A stretch of 64,000 nucleotides of DNA. It comes from Deinococcus sp. (GTDB lineage Bacteria; Deinococcota; Deinococci; Deinococcales; Deinococcaceae). Location: assembly GCA_965261005.1 (NCBI GenBank), contig OZ253375.1, forward strand, positions 2,080,001 to 2,144,000. Direction: 5' to 3'. The notes beneath the pieces were generated by a model, which was not told the DNA's origin, searched no databases, and saw only the letters and a program-made list of their open reading frames with translations. This document shows positions 21,064-30,723 of this stretch, in pieces (the stretch's first letter is position 1; each line of letters begins with the position of its first letter). The translations under genes were made by a program, and so were the position numbers.

Positions 21064-21192
21064 GCGGGCCGGGGAACCTTCAGCGCCCCACGCGCGTAAG
21101 ATGGATTGAGGACACGGCCGCCGTTTCCGGCCGTCCCACCGCTCCGGCGCCCCCATCTCTGCCCACGGCGCCCGCCCCCTTCCGAGGCCCGC

Positions 21193-21954
21193 ATGTTCTT
21201 CTTATTTCCCCTGCTCTTCTTCGGCTTTTTCGTGCTGATGGTCAAAAACCGCAGCTTCAGGCGCGGCTTTGGCAGGGTCGCCCTGTTCGCGCTGCTGATT
21301 CCTGCCTTGCTCTTCGCCAGCGCTCGAACGCTGCCAGTATTCGTTGGCGCGCTGAGCGAATTGACGCCCGTTTTGATCGCCCTGGCGGTGGTCTACCTCG
21401 TCTTCGTCGCGCCCGCGCGCCGGGGGGTGCCTGTGGCGGCCCGCAGGGTGCGCCCCAGCCTCGCGCCCGAAGTGCCAGAGCGCCCCGCCGAGCTGCCGCG
21501 CGCCGAGAGCGCCCAAACGGCGCCCGACGACGTGGCGCAGGTTCGGCTACAACTGAACTTGCTGCTGGTCCGGGCCTCTGGCAAGCTGCCGGCGGACCTG
21601 ATGGACCGTCTGGCGCGGGTGCGCGACGCCATCACCGACGCCCTCAAGCTGGCCCGCGAGGACGACCTGCTGAGCGCGGAGGCTTACGACGCGCGTGAGG
21701 CGGCGACCGAGTACCTGCCCACCGCCGTGAACGCCTACATCGCCTTGCCGCGCGCCTACGCCGAGGGCACCCCAGTTCAGGACGGCAAGACCAGCCGGGA
21801 ACTGTTGCTGGAGCAGTTCGACTTGATCGAGAACGCCATGCGCGCCGTCGTGGACGGCCGCGCCCGCGCCGAGGCCGAGAAGCTGGCGGTGCAGGGCCGC
21901 TTTCTGCGCGAAAAATTTCCCGCCCGCCCGCGTGACTTCGAGGTAGAGGCGTGA
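21193..21954 (+). CDS. Membrane-anchored XpaC-like partner of TelA
   Basis: Three N-terminal hydrophobic segments then helical domain (EYLPTAVNAY...QGRFLREKF); GTGA overlap with telA-like gene. Confidence 0.65.
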   Translation: MFFLFPLLFFGFFVLMVKNRSFRRGFGRVALFALLIPALLFASARTLPVFVGALSELTPVLIALAVVYLVFVAPARRGVPVAARRVRPSLAPEVPERPAELPRAESAQTAPDDVAQVRLQLNLLLVRASGKLPADLMDRLARVRDAITDALKLAREDDLLSAEAYDAREAATEYLPTAVNAYIALPRAYAEGTPVQDGKTSRELLLEQFDLIENAMRAVVDGRARAEAEKLAVQGRFLREKFPARPRDFEVEA

Positions 21955-23165
21955 CCAAGCTCGAACCCCCCCAGGGCCTGCCTTCCGATGACCTGACCGT
22001 GCCCCAGGCGCCCACACCCGTTCAAGCTGAGGGCAGCATGAACATGATCGACCCCGCTCCCGGCGTGCAGGAAAAGCTGGACCAGCAGGTGGACGCCTTT
22101 CTGAAAACCATTCTGGAGCAGGACGCGCACGGCGACACCTTTCAGCAAAAGGTGCAGGCCGTTCACGACCTCGGCAGCGCCGAGATTCGAGCCTCGGCTG
22201 GGGTCAGCAACCGCCTGTTGGAGCGCAGCGTGGCGGCGGCGAAGGGCGGCAACGACTCGGCGGGGAGCGTCACCAAGAGCCTGCTCGACCTGCGCAAAAC
22301 CGTCGAGGACCTCGATCCCGCCCGCGAAAGCAACCTGGGCCGGCGCTTTTTGGGGATCATTCCCAAGGGCGGCAAGGTGCGCGACTACTTTCTGCGCTAC
22401 CAAAGCGCGCAGGGGCACCTGAACGCCATTCTGGAGACGCTGTACCGCTCGCGCGACGAGCTGCGCAAGGACAACGCCGCCATCGAGCAGGAAAAGGCCA
22501 ACCTGTGGGCCATAATGCAGAAGCTGCGCGGCTTCGCGTACATCGGGCAAAAGCTCGACGAACGCTTATCGGGCCGCATCGACGAGATCGAGGCCCGCGA
22601 TCCCGAAAAGGCGCGCGTGGTGCGCGAGGAGATGCTGTTCTACGTCCGGCAAAAGGTGCAGGACCTGCTGACTCAGCTGGCCGTGAGCGTGCAGGGCTAC
22701 CTGGCGCTCGACCTCGTGCGCAAAAACAACTTGGAGCTGATCAAGGGCGTGGACCGCGCCACCACCACGACCGTCAGTGCGCTGCGCACCGCCGTGATGG
22801 TCAGCCAGGCGCTGGCGAGCCAGAAGCTGGTCCTGGACCAGATCGGGGCGCTGAACACCACCACCAGCAACCTGATCGAGTCCACCAGCGCCCTTTTAAA
22901 ACAGCAAACCGCCGACATTCATCAGCAGGCCGCCGGCAGCACCGTCAACCTGGAGAGCTTGCAACGCGCCTTTCAGAACGTCTACGACACGTTGGACGCC
23001 GTCAGCCGCTACAAGCTGGAGGCGCTCGGACAGCTTCAGCAGAACGTGAGCGTGCTGGGCAACATGGTCGAGGGCGCCCAGAAGCACCTCGACCGGGTGC
23101 GCGGCGAGACGGTGCGCGAGGCGACGAGAGCGCTGGAGCGCCCCGAAGACTTCAAGGTGGAGTAG
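21951..23165 (+). CDS. telA: Toxic anion resistance protein (TelA family)
   Basis: LLDLRKTVEDLDP, YFLRYQSAQ, DELRKDN, NNLELIKGVDRATTTTVSALRTA motifs. Confidence 0.88.
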   Translation: MTKLEPPQGLPSDDLTVPQAPTPVQAEGSMNMIDPAPGVQEKLDQQVDAFLKTILEQDAHGDTFQQKVQAVHDLGSAEIRASAGVSNRLLERSVAAAKGGNDSAGSVTKSLLDLRKTVEDLDPARESNLGRRFLGIIPKGGKVRDYFLRYQSAQGHLNAILETLYRSRDELRKDNAAIEQEKANLWAIMQKLRGFAYIGQKLDERLSGRIDEIEARDPEKARVVREEMLFYVRQKVQDLLTQLAVSVQGYLALDLVRKNNLELIKGVDRATTTTVSALRTAVMVSQALASQKLVLDQIGALNTTTSNLIESTSALLKQQTADIHQQAAGSTVNLESLQRAFQNVYDTLDAVSRYKLEALGQLQQNVSVLGNMVEGAQKHLDRVRGETVREATRALERPEDFKVE

Positions 23166-23186
23166 CGCGGGCTTAGACTGCCGGTC

Positions 23187-24131
23187 ATGCCCCGACCGAT
23201 CATCCTCGATTGCGATCCCGGCCACGACGACGCCGTGGCGTTGCTGTTGGCCCTGGCCTCGCCGGAGCTGGACCTGCTGGCCGTCACCGTCACCCACGGC
23301 AACGTGCCGCTCTCGCGCACCCTGCACAACGCGCTAAGCGTGTGCAAACTCGCCGGCAGCGGCGTGCCGGTGTACGCCGGCGCCGACCGGCCCCTGTTGC
23401 GGGAAGCCCTGCACGCGCGCCACGTTCACGGTGAGAGCGGCCTGGGCGACGTGGTCTTGCCGCCGCCCGATCGGGGACCGTCACCCGGCCGCGCCGCCGA
23501 CGTGCTGATCGAGACGGCCCTCGCGCGGCCCGGCGAGCTGACGCTGGTGGCGACCGGCCCGCTGACGAACGTGGCCCTGGCCTTGCGCTTGGAGCCGAAG
23601 CTGGCGGGAACCCTGCGCGAGATCGTGCTGATGGGCGGCAGCGCCGGGAACGGCAACGTCACCCCCGCCGCCGAATTCAACTTCTACGCCGACCCGCACG
23701 CGGCGCGCGTGGTATTCGAGTCGGGCGCCCGGATCACGATGTTCGGCCTGAACGCCACGGCGCAGGTGCCGGTGACGGGGAAGCGCGCCGCTCAATTGCG
23801 CGCCGTGAACAACCCGCAGGCCACCGCCGCCGCCGACATGCTGGACGACTATTTGAGGCGGCTTGAGGAGCGCGGCCTCGGTTCGGACGGCAGCCTGCAC
23901 GACCCCTGCACAGTGGCCTACCTGCTGCGGCCGGACTTGTTCGGGGTGCAGGAGACCTTCGTGGAGATTGACGCCGAGGGGGGGCCGGATTTTGGGCGCT
24001 CGCTGTGCGACCTGGGGAACGTGCTGGGAAGGGAACCCAACGCGCAAGTCGCCGTGGGCGCCGACGCGGACGGCGTCTACGACCTGCTGGCCCAGGCCCT
24101 CGCGCGCTACGGGAACGCCGCGCTACAGTGA
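23187..24131 (+). CDS. Inosine/uridine-preferring nucleoside hydrolase
   Basis: IILDCDPGHDDAVA, VHGESGL, ATGPLTNVA, GNVTPAAEFNFYADP, LHDP. Confidence 0.93.
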   Translation: MPRPIILDCDPGHDDAVALLLALASPELDLLAVTVTHGNVPLSRTLHNALSVCKLAGSGVPVYAGADRPLLREALHARHVHGESGLGDVVLPPPDRGPSPGRAADVLIETALARPGELTLVATGPLTNVALALRLEPKLAGTLREIVLMGGSAGNGNVTPAAEFNFYADPHAARVVFESGARITMFGLNATAQVPVTGKRAAQLRAVNNPQATAAADMLDDYLRRLEERGLGSDGSLHDPCTVAYLLRPDLFGVQETFVEIDAEGGPDFGRSLCDLGNVLGREPNAQVAVGADADGVYDLLAQALARYGNAALQ

Positions 24132-24138
24132 GAAGCGC

Positions 24139-24225
24139 GCCGGGGTGGCGAAATCGGTAGACGCAACAGACTTAAAATCTGTCGGGCGCAAGCCCATGCG
24201 GGTTCAAGCCCCGTCCCCGGCACCA
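24139..24225 (+). tRNA. tRNA-Leu (anticodon UAA)
   Basis: Acceptor stem GCCGGGG/CCCCGGC plus ACCA; D-arm GGCGAAATCGGTAGACGC; anticodon arm ACAGA-CTTAAAA-TCTGT; long variable arm; GGTTCAAG T-loop. Confidence 0.96.
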
Positions 24226-24339
24226 GAAAGTTGTTGAGCACGGCAAAAGTCCTCTCCAACTCCCCTGCGGAGCGCAAAGGGTCGGGAACAGCTGCTTGCG
24301 TGCTACAAAACTGAGACGATGGTGTACCAGCCTGCCCGC

Positions 24340-24870
24340 ATGTTGCCCGCCGCCGAACTCGTTCACCACCTGCGCGCCCATCATCCGGCCGACCTTGAAG
24401 AGGCCGAATCTCTGTCGCAAACGCTCGCCTTGCTGGGCGCGCACCCCGACCCCTTCACGCGCACTGCCTTTACCCCCGGCCACCTGACCGCCTCGGCGCT
24501 GCTGCTCAGCCGGGATGGCGCTCGGGTGGGCCTGATTTGGCATACCAAGCTGGGGAGGCTGCTTCAGCCGGGCGGGCACGTCGAGCCTGGGGACGCGAGC
24601 TTGTGGCATACCGCCCTGCGCGAGCTGTGCGAGGAGACCGGGCTGAGCGGAGATGAGGTGATCCCGCTGGGCAAGGCGCCGCTGGACCTGGACGTTCACG
24701 ACATTCCCGCTCGGGGAGACGAGGGCGCCCACCGACACTTCGACGTGCGCTACGGCTTTCGGTTGAACCACAAGCGGAACGTGCCCCCCGTGACCTGGCT
24801 GGCGCCGGCCGACTTGCCGGAAGTGAATTTGCGCCGCGCCGCCGCCAAGCTGACACGGCCTAGAGGTTAA
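24340..24870 (+). CDS. NUDIX hydrolase
   Basis: PGHLTASA, QPGGHVEPGD...ALRELCEETG, HRHFDVRY; start could be 24319. Confidence 0.88.
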   Translation: MLPAAELVHHLRAHHPADLEEAESLSQTLALLGAHPDPFTRTAFTPGHLTASALLLSRDGARVGLIWHTKLGRLLQPGGHVEPGDASLWHTALRELCEETGLSGDEVIPLGKAPLDLDVHDIPARGDEGAHRHFDVRYGFRLNHKRNVPPVTWLAPADLPEVNLRRAAAKLTRPRG

Positions 24871-24896
24871 AGCGGATGGGTTAAGCTGTCGCCACC

Positions 24897-25478
24897 ATGC
24901 TCAAGCTGCGCGCCCTTGCCGGTGTTCTCGTTCTGTGTTGCTCGTGCGCGCCCAGGGCGCAGCTTGCGGGCGCTCAGACGGTTCCAGTTCAGACGCCCCT
25001 TGTTCAGGCGGCCCCCGACCAACCCATCTCTGACCAAACCGCGCTGGCCCAGCCTGTCACGGCCCCTGTCAGCTACGAGGCGCAGCTGTTCGCGCGCATC
25101 AACCAGCTGCGCGCCCAAGGTTACTTATGCCCGACCGGCTGGCACCCCCCGGTGGGGCCGCTCAGCTACGCGCCGGACAACGCCGCCGCCGCCCGGCAGC
25201 AGGCGCTTTACATGGCCGCCACCGGCAAGATCACCCACACCGGGTCGGACGGCAGCTCGCCGCGCGTGCGCGCCGCTGCATACGGCGTGCGCGCCGTGAG
25301 CGTGTCGGAGATCATCTACCTGAACGTGAGCGGCCCGGAAGAAAAGGCCGTGCAGTGGTGGTTGCACTCGGCCGTCCACTGCGACGTGCTAATGAACGCC
25401 CGCTACTTCTATGCCGGCGCCGCCGTGGTGCCGGGGCAACACGGTTTGGCGCAGGTGATGATGTTCAGCGGCAAGTGA
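24897..25478 (+). CDS. Secreted CAP (SCP-like) domain protein
   Basis: Signal/lipoprotein peptide; INQLRAQG, HTGSDGSSP, WWLHSAVHC. Confidence 0.82.
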   Translation: MLKLRALAGVLVLCCSCAPRAQLAGAQTVPVQTPLVQAAPDQPISDQTALAQPVTAPVSYEAQLFARINQLRAQGYLCPTGWHPPVGPLSYAPDNAAAARQQALYMAATGKITHTGSDGSSPRVRAAAYGVRAVSVSEIIYLNVSGPEEKAVQWWLHSAVHCDVLMNARYFYAGAAVVPGQHGLAQVMMFSGK

Positions 25479-25496
25479 GCCGAGTAAGCTCATCCC

Positions 25497-26036
25497 ATGC
25501 CCCCCACCGTCCTGTCGGTCAGTTCCAGCCTCAGCCACAGCATGAGTAAGCCGCCGCGCCCCCATATCCGTCTGCTGGCCGGCGTGGGCGTGGAGGGCGA
25601 CGCCCACGCGGGCGCCACCGTGCAGCACCGCTCGCGGGCGGCCCAAGACCCAACCCAGCCCAACTTGCGTCAAGTTCACCTGATTCACGCCGAGCTGCTC
25701 GACGCCCTGAACGCGGCCGGCTTTGACCTCACCCCCGGTTTGATGGGCGAGAACGTCACCACGCGCGGCCTCGATGTGCTGGCCTTGCCGCGCGGGACAC
25801 GGCTGTACCTGGGCGGGGCCGTGCTGGAAGTGACCGGTTTGCGCAACCCCTGCGTCCAACTCGACGGCCTGCGGCCGGGGCTGATGGCGGCGGTGCTGGG
25901 CCGGGACGCGGCGGGCCACCTGGTTCGCAAGGCGGGCGTCATGGCGGTCGTGCTGGAAGGGGGCGGGGTGCGGCCCGGCGACGCCATCAAGGTGACGTTG
26001 CCGCAGGGGCCGCACGCGGCGCTGGAACGGGTGTAA
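25497..26036 (+). CDS. MOSC-domain protein
   Basis: GVEGDAH, RQVHLI, GENVTT, TGLRNPC, GVMAVVLEGGGVRPGD. Confidence 0.9.
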   Translation: MPPTVLSVSSSLSHSMSKPPRPHIRLLAGVGVEGDAHAGATVQHRSRAAQDPTQPNLRQVHLIHAELLDALNAAGFDLTPGLMGENVTTRGLDVLALPRGTRLYLGGAVLEVTGLRNPCVQLDGLRPGLMAAVLGRDAAGHLVRKAGVMAVVLEGGGVRPGDAIKVTLPQGPHAALERV

Positions 26037-26143
26037 CGGCCGCTTGTTATGCTGTCCCACGGGGGAGCTGCCTTAAACCAGCTGTATCCGGGCGCCCGTC
26101 TCGTGAGGTTGCGCTTCCGGCGCGCTGGTACAATCCCCTCAGC

Positions 26144-27358
26144 GTGGCCCCCCGCAACCCGTCCCCTTTTCAAGTGACGCCCCTGCGCGTGCCGTGGAAC
26201 GACCATTCCACGGTGCTGCGCCTACTCGCGCTGCTGGCGCTCAGCGACTTCGTGCGCACCGGCTTTTTGGTGCCGTACCTGAGCCTGACCGGCAAGGGCC
26301 TCTTCGTCGGCAGCGCCGCCGTCGGCCTGATTCTGGGCGCCAACTACCTGGCCGACGGCCTGGCCAAGGGTCCCATCGGCGTGCTGACCGAGCGCGTGGG
26401 CCTTGGGCGCATGGCCGTGCTGGGGGCGCTGGCGGGCAGCTTGGCGGTGTTCGCCTTGCCCAAGCTGTCCGTTCTCGCCGTCGCTGTGCTGCTCGCCTTC
26501 GCGTGGGGCCTGACCCTCAGCGCCCTGTGGCCCGGCGTGATGACGGCGGTCAGCCACTTCGCCAAGTCGGGCAAGCAGAGCCGGGCGCTGTCGTGGGCCA
26601 GCGTGGCCGCCGCGCCGGGGGTGGCGCTGGGCGCGCTGGGCATGGGCTTCGTGATGCAGCGCGTGCCCGAGCTGGGCTACCCGCTGCTGTTGGGCGCCCA
26701 AGTGACCGCCCTGCTGCTCTCGTTCAGCCTGATCGGGTTGAAGTTGCCCAGAACGGAACAGCACCAGATGGGCTTTCGCTGGCAGCGCGTGGCGGTTCTG
26801 ATTCCGGCCGCCTTCGCGCAGACGCTGGCGCCGGGCCTCTTGGTGACCATCTTTTACCCCTACCTGCGCTTGCTGAAGCTCTCGGTCGCCTCGCTGCTGC
26901 TGCCCGCCTTGCTGGCCGCCTTGGTGGGCCTGGTCGCCTTGCCGCTGGCCGGGCGCCTCGCCGACCGCTTTCACCCGCGCCTGGCCCTCTTGCCGGGCCT
27001 GCTGCTGCTGGCGTTCGCCTTCGCGCTGCTGGGCAGCCCCGGGGTGTCGGGCAAGCTGTGGGTGGTCGCCCCCATCGCGGGGCTGGCCTACGCCCTGTTT
27101 CTGACCGGCTGGAACGGCTTGGTGGCGCGCACCTTGCCGCAGGAGCACCGCGCCGCCGCCTGGGGCATTATTATGGCCATTGAGGCGCTGGGCTACGCCG
27201 TGGGGCCGATTCTGGGGGGCGCCATGTGGGACCGCTTTGGGCCACCGGGGCCGTTCTGGCTGGGGGCGGTTATGCTGGCGCTGGTCCAGCTGTACTACCT
27301 GTTGCCGTGGCGCGCCCGCGTGCGAGACATGCAGTCCGCGCCCAAGCCCGAAGCATGA
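26144..27358 (+). CDS. MFS transporter
   Basis: About 12 hydrophobic segments; GVLTERVG and GRLADRF motif-A variants; TACAAT before GTG. Confidence 0.85.
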   Translation: MAPRNPSPFQVTPLRVPWNDHSTVLRLLALLALSDFVRTGFLVPYLSLTGKGLFVGSAAVGLILGANYLADGLAKGPIGVLTERVGLGRMAVLGALAGSLAVFALPKLSVLAVAVLLAFAWGLTLSALWPGVMTAVSHFAKSGKQSRALSWASVAAAPGVALGALGMGFVMQRVPELGYPLLLGAQVTALLLSFSLIGLKLPRTEQHQMGFRWQRVAVLIPAAFAQTLAPGLLVTIFYPYLRLLKLSVASLLLPALLAALVGLVALPLAGRLADRFHPRLALLPGLLLLAFAFALLGSPGVSGKLWVVAPIAGLAYALFLTGWNGLVARTLPQEHRAAAWGIIMAIEALGYAVGPILGGAMWDRFGPPGPFWLGAVMLALVQLYYLLPWRARVRDMQSAPKPEA

Positions 27359-27408
27359 AGTCGTCTTTAGGTCAGCTGGCCACGTCGCCTCGTGGGCGCT
27401 GAAAGGCT

Positions 27409-27618
27409 ATGTTCATGACCAAAACGTTCATGACCCAAGCAGAGGACCAACCGTCCGGCGCCCCGCCCATCACCAGCGACCCCGCCGACCGCTCTCCCGC
27501 CGACGGCGGCGACATGAGCCACGCCGACCGCGAGGAGCGCGGCAAGGCCCCGCACGTGGACCCCGCCGACAAAGACCAGCCCGCCGAGGGTGGGCGTGAG
27601 GAGGGAGCGACCCCGTGA
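27409..27618 (+). CDS. Small acidic disordered hypothetical protein
   Basis: D/E/P/G-rich with internal DPAD repeat; GTGA overlap with next ORF; start may be 27415 or 27430. Confidence 0.6.
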   Translation: MFMTKTFMTQAEDQPSGAPPITSDPADRSPADGGDMSHADREERGKAPHVDPADKDQPAEGGREEGATP

Positions 27619-27845
27619 GTGACCCCACCGGCGACCCCAACAAAAAGGTGCAGACCGTGAACCCCGACGAAACCAGCACCAACGACGACCCGCGCGAGGA
27701 CCAGCACGCGACCCCCCCATACGATCCCCCCAAGGGCGCCGAGCAGGCCGACCGCGCCGACGCCCAAGCTGACGGCACCAGCTCGCTGCACTACGGCGCC
27801 AACGACCCGGCCACCTGGGAGGATCAAAAGCGGGACGAAGGGTGA
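27615..27845 (+). CDS. Small acidic disordered hypothetical protein
   Basis: GAGGGAG RBS; D/P/T-rich; GC-ending codon usage. Confidence 0.6.
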   Translation: MSDPTGDPNKKVQTVNPDETSTNDDPREDQHATPPYDPPKGAEQADRADAQADGTSSLHYGANDPATWEDQKRDEG

Positions 27846-27991
27846 TCGTCAGTTTTTCGTAAGGCACTATAAGACAGCACACACTCTTTCGGGGACAAAC
27901 TTAAGCGTTTTTTGTGCAGACCTAAAGACTGTGGGCGATGAAGAGGTTGGGCGCGGCGGCGAAGCTTAGGGTGACCCCAGGAGGTCAGAAT

Positions 27992-28309
27992 ATGAACAGT
28001 CAACTTCAGCAGACCCTCGACGCCGCCCAAGGCGGCCTCACCAGCATCGACCCGGCCACCGCCGCCGCCAACGTGCGCTCGTGGCAGGCCACCTTGTCGG
28101 GCGCCAACTTTCCCGGTGCCCAGCAGCTCAACAGCGACTTGTCGCAGCTCGCCACGGCGCTGGAGTCGGGTGACCTGACCGGCGCCGGCCCGCTGCTGTC
28201 GCGCCTCGGCAGCAGCACCTCCTCGGCCGCCTCGGCCGCTCCCTCGGAGGATCAGGACGGGCTGCAACAGCTCGGCAGCGCCCTGAGCGACGCTGGCAGC
28301 CAGCTGTAA
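27992..28309 (+). CDS. Small helical hypothetical protein, paralog 1
   Basis: AGGAGG RBS; 105 aa; aligns without gaps to 32110-32430. Confidence 0.8.
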   Translation: MNSQLQQTLDAAQGGLTSIDPATAAANVRSWQATLSGANFPGAQQLNSDLSQLATALESGDLTGAGPLLSRLGSSTSSAASAAPSEDQDGLQQLGSALSDAGSQL

Positions 28310-28320
28310 ACCTACTGTTG

Positions 28321-28361
28321 AGGGAACGCGGAGGCTCCGGCCTTCGCGTTCCCTTGTTTTT
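28321..28361 (+). terminator. Intrinsic terminator
   Basis: AGGGAACGCGGAGG/CCTTCGCGTTCCCT stem followed by TGTTTTT. Confidence 0.8.
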
Positions 28362-28433
28362 ACAGAAAGACAGGTCTTACGAACAAGCGGGCTGAACGGT
28401 TCTTGCCGATTGCATTTCGTGAATTACCGAGTT

Positions 28434-29921
28434 TCAGTGCGAGGAACACGTGGAGCCGGCAACCAAGTCAAGTTCGCTCCCAGATTCGTGGGTGAGCGCA
28501 ATGTAAGCGCGCGCCCGGCTCCAATTCCAAGTGCGCGCTCCGCAAGGACGTTGGCGCACTTGTTCGGCGAGCGTTCGCAGCACGAAACGCCGCGCCTGCG
28601 GCGCTTCCCGTGTCGCGCTCAATACAAGGGGCCAGGCGTCGGCGCCGACTTGCGTGAGGTACCCAAGATCGGGCGGAAAGTAAGCTTGGTCGGGCGCCTG
28701 TGTGGAAAGAACTCGCCCGATGTTGACGCCGGCGATCAGGTGCGCCGGATTGACGACGTTGAGCGCGGCCACCGCACCGAGTCCAAGAACCAGCGCGCCG
28801 AGCGCGAAGCGTTGGTACCGCCCTAGGAGCATGGTCAGGACGAGCCAGGCCAAGGCACCCCCAATCCACGCCATAAACGTGAGAGCCAACACGCGCTCTT
28901 CCGTGAGTCCGTAGACACCCACGTAGAGCAACATGCGCCGCCAGGCGGAAAGCAACATGACCCCAACCAATACGGCGATCACCACGCAGGGACCGCCGAA
29001 AAGCCGGCTTTCCCGCGCCCCAGGCGTGAGAAAGTGACGCGCCCCGAGGAGCAACGCCACCACCAACGAAGCGACCGTCAGCAGTTCGAAAAATCCCCGG
29101 CGGGCGTACTCCGCATAGGTGAGTCCGGTCAGGGCCGTGACCTGCGCGTGCCCACCAAAAAAGTAAGCGAACTGCACCGCGATAAAGGCCATGAACAGCG
29201 TGGCGACGCTGCCCAGCACAATGCCAGTTTCGGTCAACCCGAGGCGCCCGGCGCCCGGCGGCGGTTCAGCCTGCCCAGGCGCGAGCAGGCCGAGGTACAG
29301 CAGGCCCGCCGACGCCCACGACCACAGCAGTGTCGTCCACGAGCTTTTCCACAAGGCTGCCAGGTCCCAGCTGAGCAGGTTGGACAACAAAAAGCCGAAA
29401 GCCGCGTCCGCCGAGGCGAGCAGGGCGCCGAAGACCGTGAGGATGGGCGCGGCGAGCAGCACGCCGCGCAATACCTTTACGGAGCGTTCGTGCCTCATAC
29501 GGCTGAGCGACGTTTGCCAAGCCGTGCCGAAGAGCAGCGCGAGGGCGCCTCCACACGCCAACCCGGCGGCGCGGGCCATCAGCTGAACGAGCCTGACGGG
29601 ACCGGCCGAACTCAGCCCCAGCGCGAGCACCACGCACAAAGTGTTTAAGAACGTGAGCAGGGGCGAGTCACGCCACGCCAACAGCGCCGCGAAGCCGCAC
29701 GCCGCGCCAAGACACAGCCGACCTCCGCGCGAAATCGGCGCGCGCCACGCCCGCGCCAAGGCGAGCGCAGTTCCCACGACGAGCGCGCAGGCCATCAAGG
29801 CGTTCAGCCCCAGCGCGGCGGCAACGAGCAAAATCGGCGCGGCGCGCGCGGCGGGCAGCAGCGCCCGGCCCCCACCGCGTGGGGCCGTGTTCGGCGTGGA
29901 GGAGTCCGCGTCGCCGTTCAT
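28434..29921 (-). CDS. DUF4153/DUF4173-family polytopic membrane protein
   Basis: FGALLASADAAF, LTYAEYARRGFFELL, SAWRRMLLYVGVYGLTEER, WNWSR motifs; start uncertain. Confidence 0.8.
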   Translation of the reverse strand: MNGDADSSTPNTAPRGGGRALLPAARAAPILLVAAALGLNALMACALVVGTALALARAWRAPISRGGRLCLGAACGFAALLAWRDSPLLTFLNTLCVVLALGLSSAGPVRLVQLMARAAGLACGGALALLFGTAWQTSLSRMRHERSVKVLRGVLLAAPILTVFGALLASADAAFGFLLSNLLSWDLAALWKSSWTTLLWSWASAGLLYLGLLAPGQAEPPPGAGRLGLTETGIVLGSVATLFMAFIAVQFAYFFGGHAQVTALTGLTYAEYARRGFFELLTVASLVVALLLGARHFLTPGARESRLFGGPCVVIAVLVGVMLLSAWRRMLLYVGVYGLTEERVLALTFMAWIGGALAWLVLTMLLGRYQRFALGALVLGLGAVAALNVVNPAHLIAGVNIGRVLSTQAPDQAYFPPDLGYLTQVGADAWPLVLSATREAPQARRFVLRTLAEQVRQRPCGARTWNWSRARAYIALTHESGSELDLVAGSTCSSH

Positions 29922-30051
29922 TCTGCGTGCCCTGCTGCGGCGAGGCCGCTTGGCGTGTGATGGTTCGGGGGCGTGTGGTGGTTTAGGGTCATGTACTGAT
30001 GGTGAGCGCCCGGGCAGCTTCGCGCGTCCTCCCACCGGATTAGGACGAGGC

Positions 30052-30723
30052 TTACTCCCGCCGTGACAGCAAGCCTAAAGACATGGCGAGTTGCACCGCC
30101 TCCAAACGGTCGCGCGCCCCCAGCTTGGCGAGGATGTTCGAGACGTGAACCTTGACTGTGCTCTCTGACAGGCTCAGCGCGCCGGCAATGCGCTTGTTTG
30201 CCAGGCCGCGCGCGATCAGGGCCAGCACTTCCCGCTCGCGCGGCGTGAGGCCCTCGCTTGGGCTGGGCGCCTGAGACACGCGGACGGCCAGGGCCTCGGC
30301 GAGCTTATGTGCGACGCTGGGCTGCACGTAGCGCTCGCCGCGCGCGACCCGCACAATCGCGTCGCGCAGCGTCTGAACGCTCACGTCCTTGAGCAAATAC
30401 CCCGCGACGCCCGCCGTGAGGCCCGCGACCATGTCCACCTCGTCCTCAAAGGTCGTGAGGAGCATCACGCGCGCGCCAAAGCGGGCTTGCAGTTCGCCCG
30501 CGGCGCGCACGCCCCCCATGCCCGGCATACGAACGTCCATCAGCACCACGTCCGCGCGGCGGTGGCCGAACCACGCCAGGGCCGCCTCGCCGCTGTCAAC
30601 CGCGCCGAGAACCGCAAGTGAGTTGCCGCGATTCAGCAGCGTTTCCAGGCCAACCCGGACCCACGGCTGATCGTCTACGATCAGGAGCGTTATGGGCGTA
30701 TTCGGCTCGGCAACGTCAGCCAC
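30052..30723 (-). CDS. NarL/LuxR-family response regulator
   Basis: LIVDDQ, VVLMDVRMPGMGG, GYLLKD; LTPREREVL...SESTVKVHVSNILAKLG. Confidence 0.92.
   Translation of the reverse strand: MADVAEPNTPITLLIVDDQPWVRVGLETLLNRGNSLAVLGAVDSGEAALAWFGHRRADVVLMDVRMPGMGGVRAAGELQARFGARVMLLTTFEDEVDMVAGLTAGVAGYLLKDVSVQTLRDAIVRVARGERYVQPSVAHKLAEALAVRVSQAPSPSEGLTPREREVLALIARGLANKRIAGALSLSESTVKVHVSNILAKLGARDRLEAVQLAMSLGLLSRRE

Noticed and set aside
24139..24340. tRNA-Leu as an integration site for an island or prophage
   Set aside because: No integrase follows it and I found no duplicated tRNA 3' end in the window.
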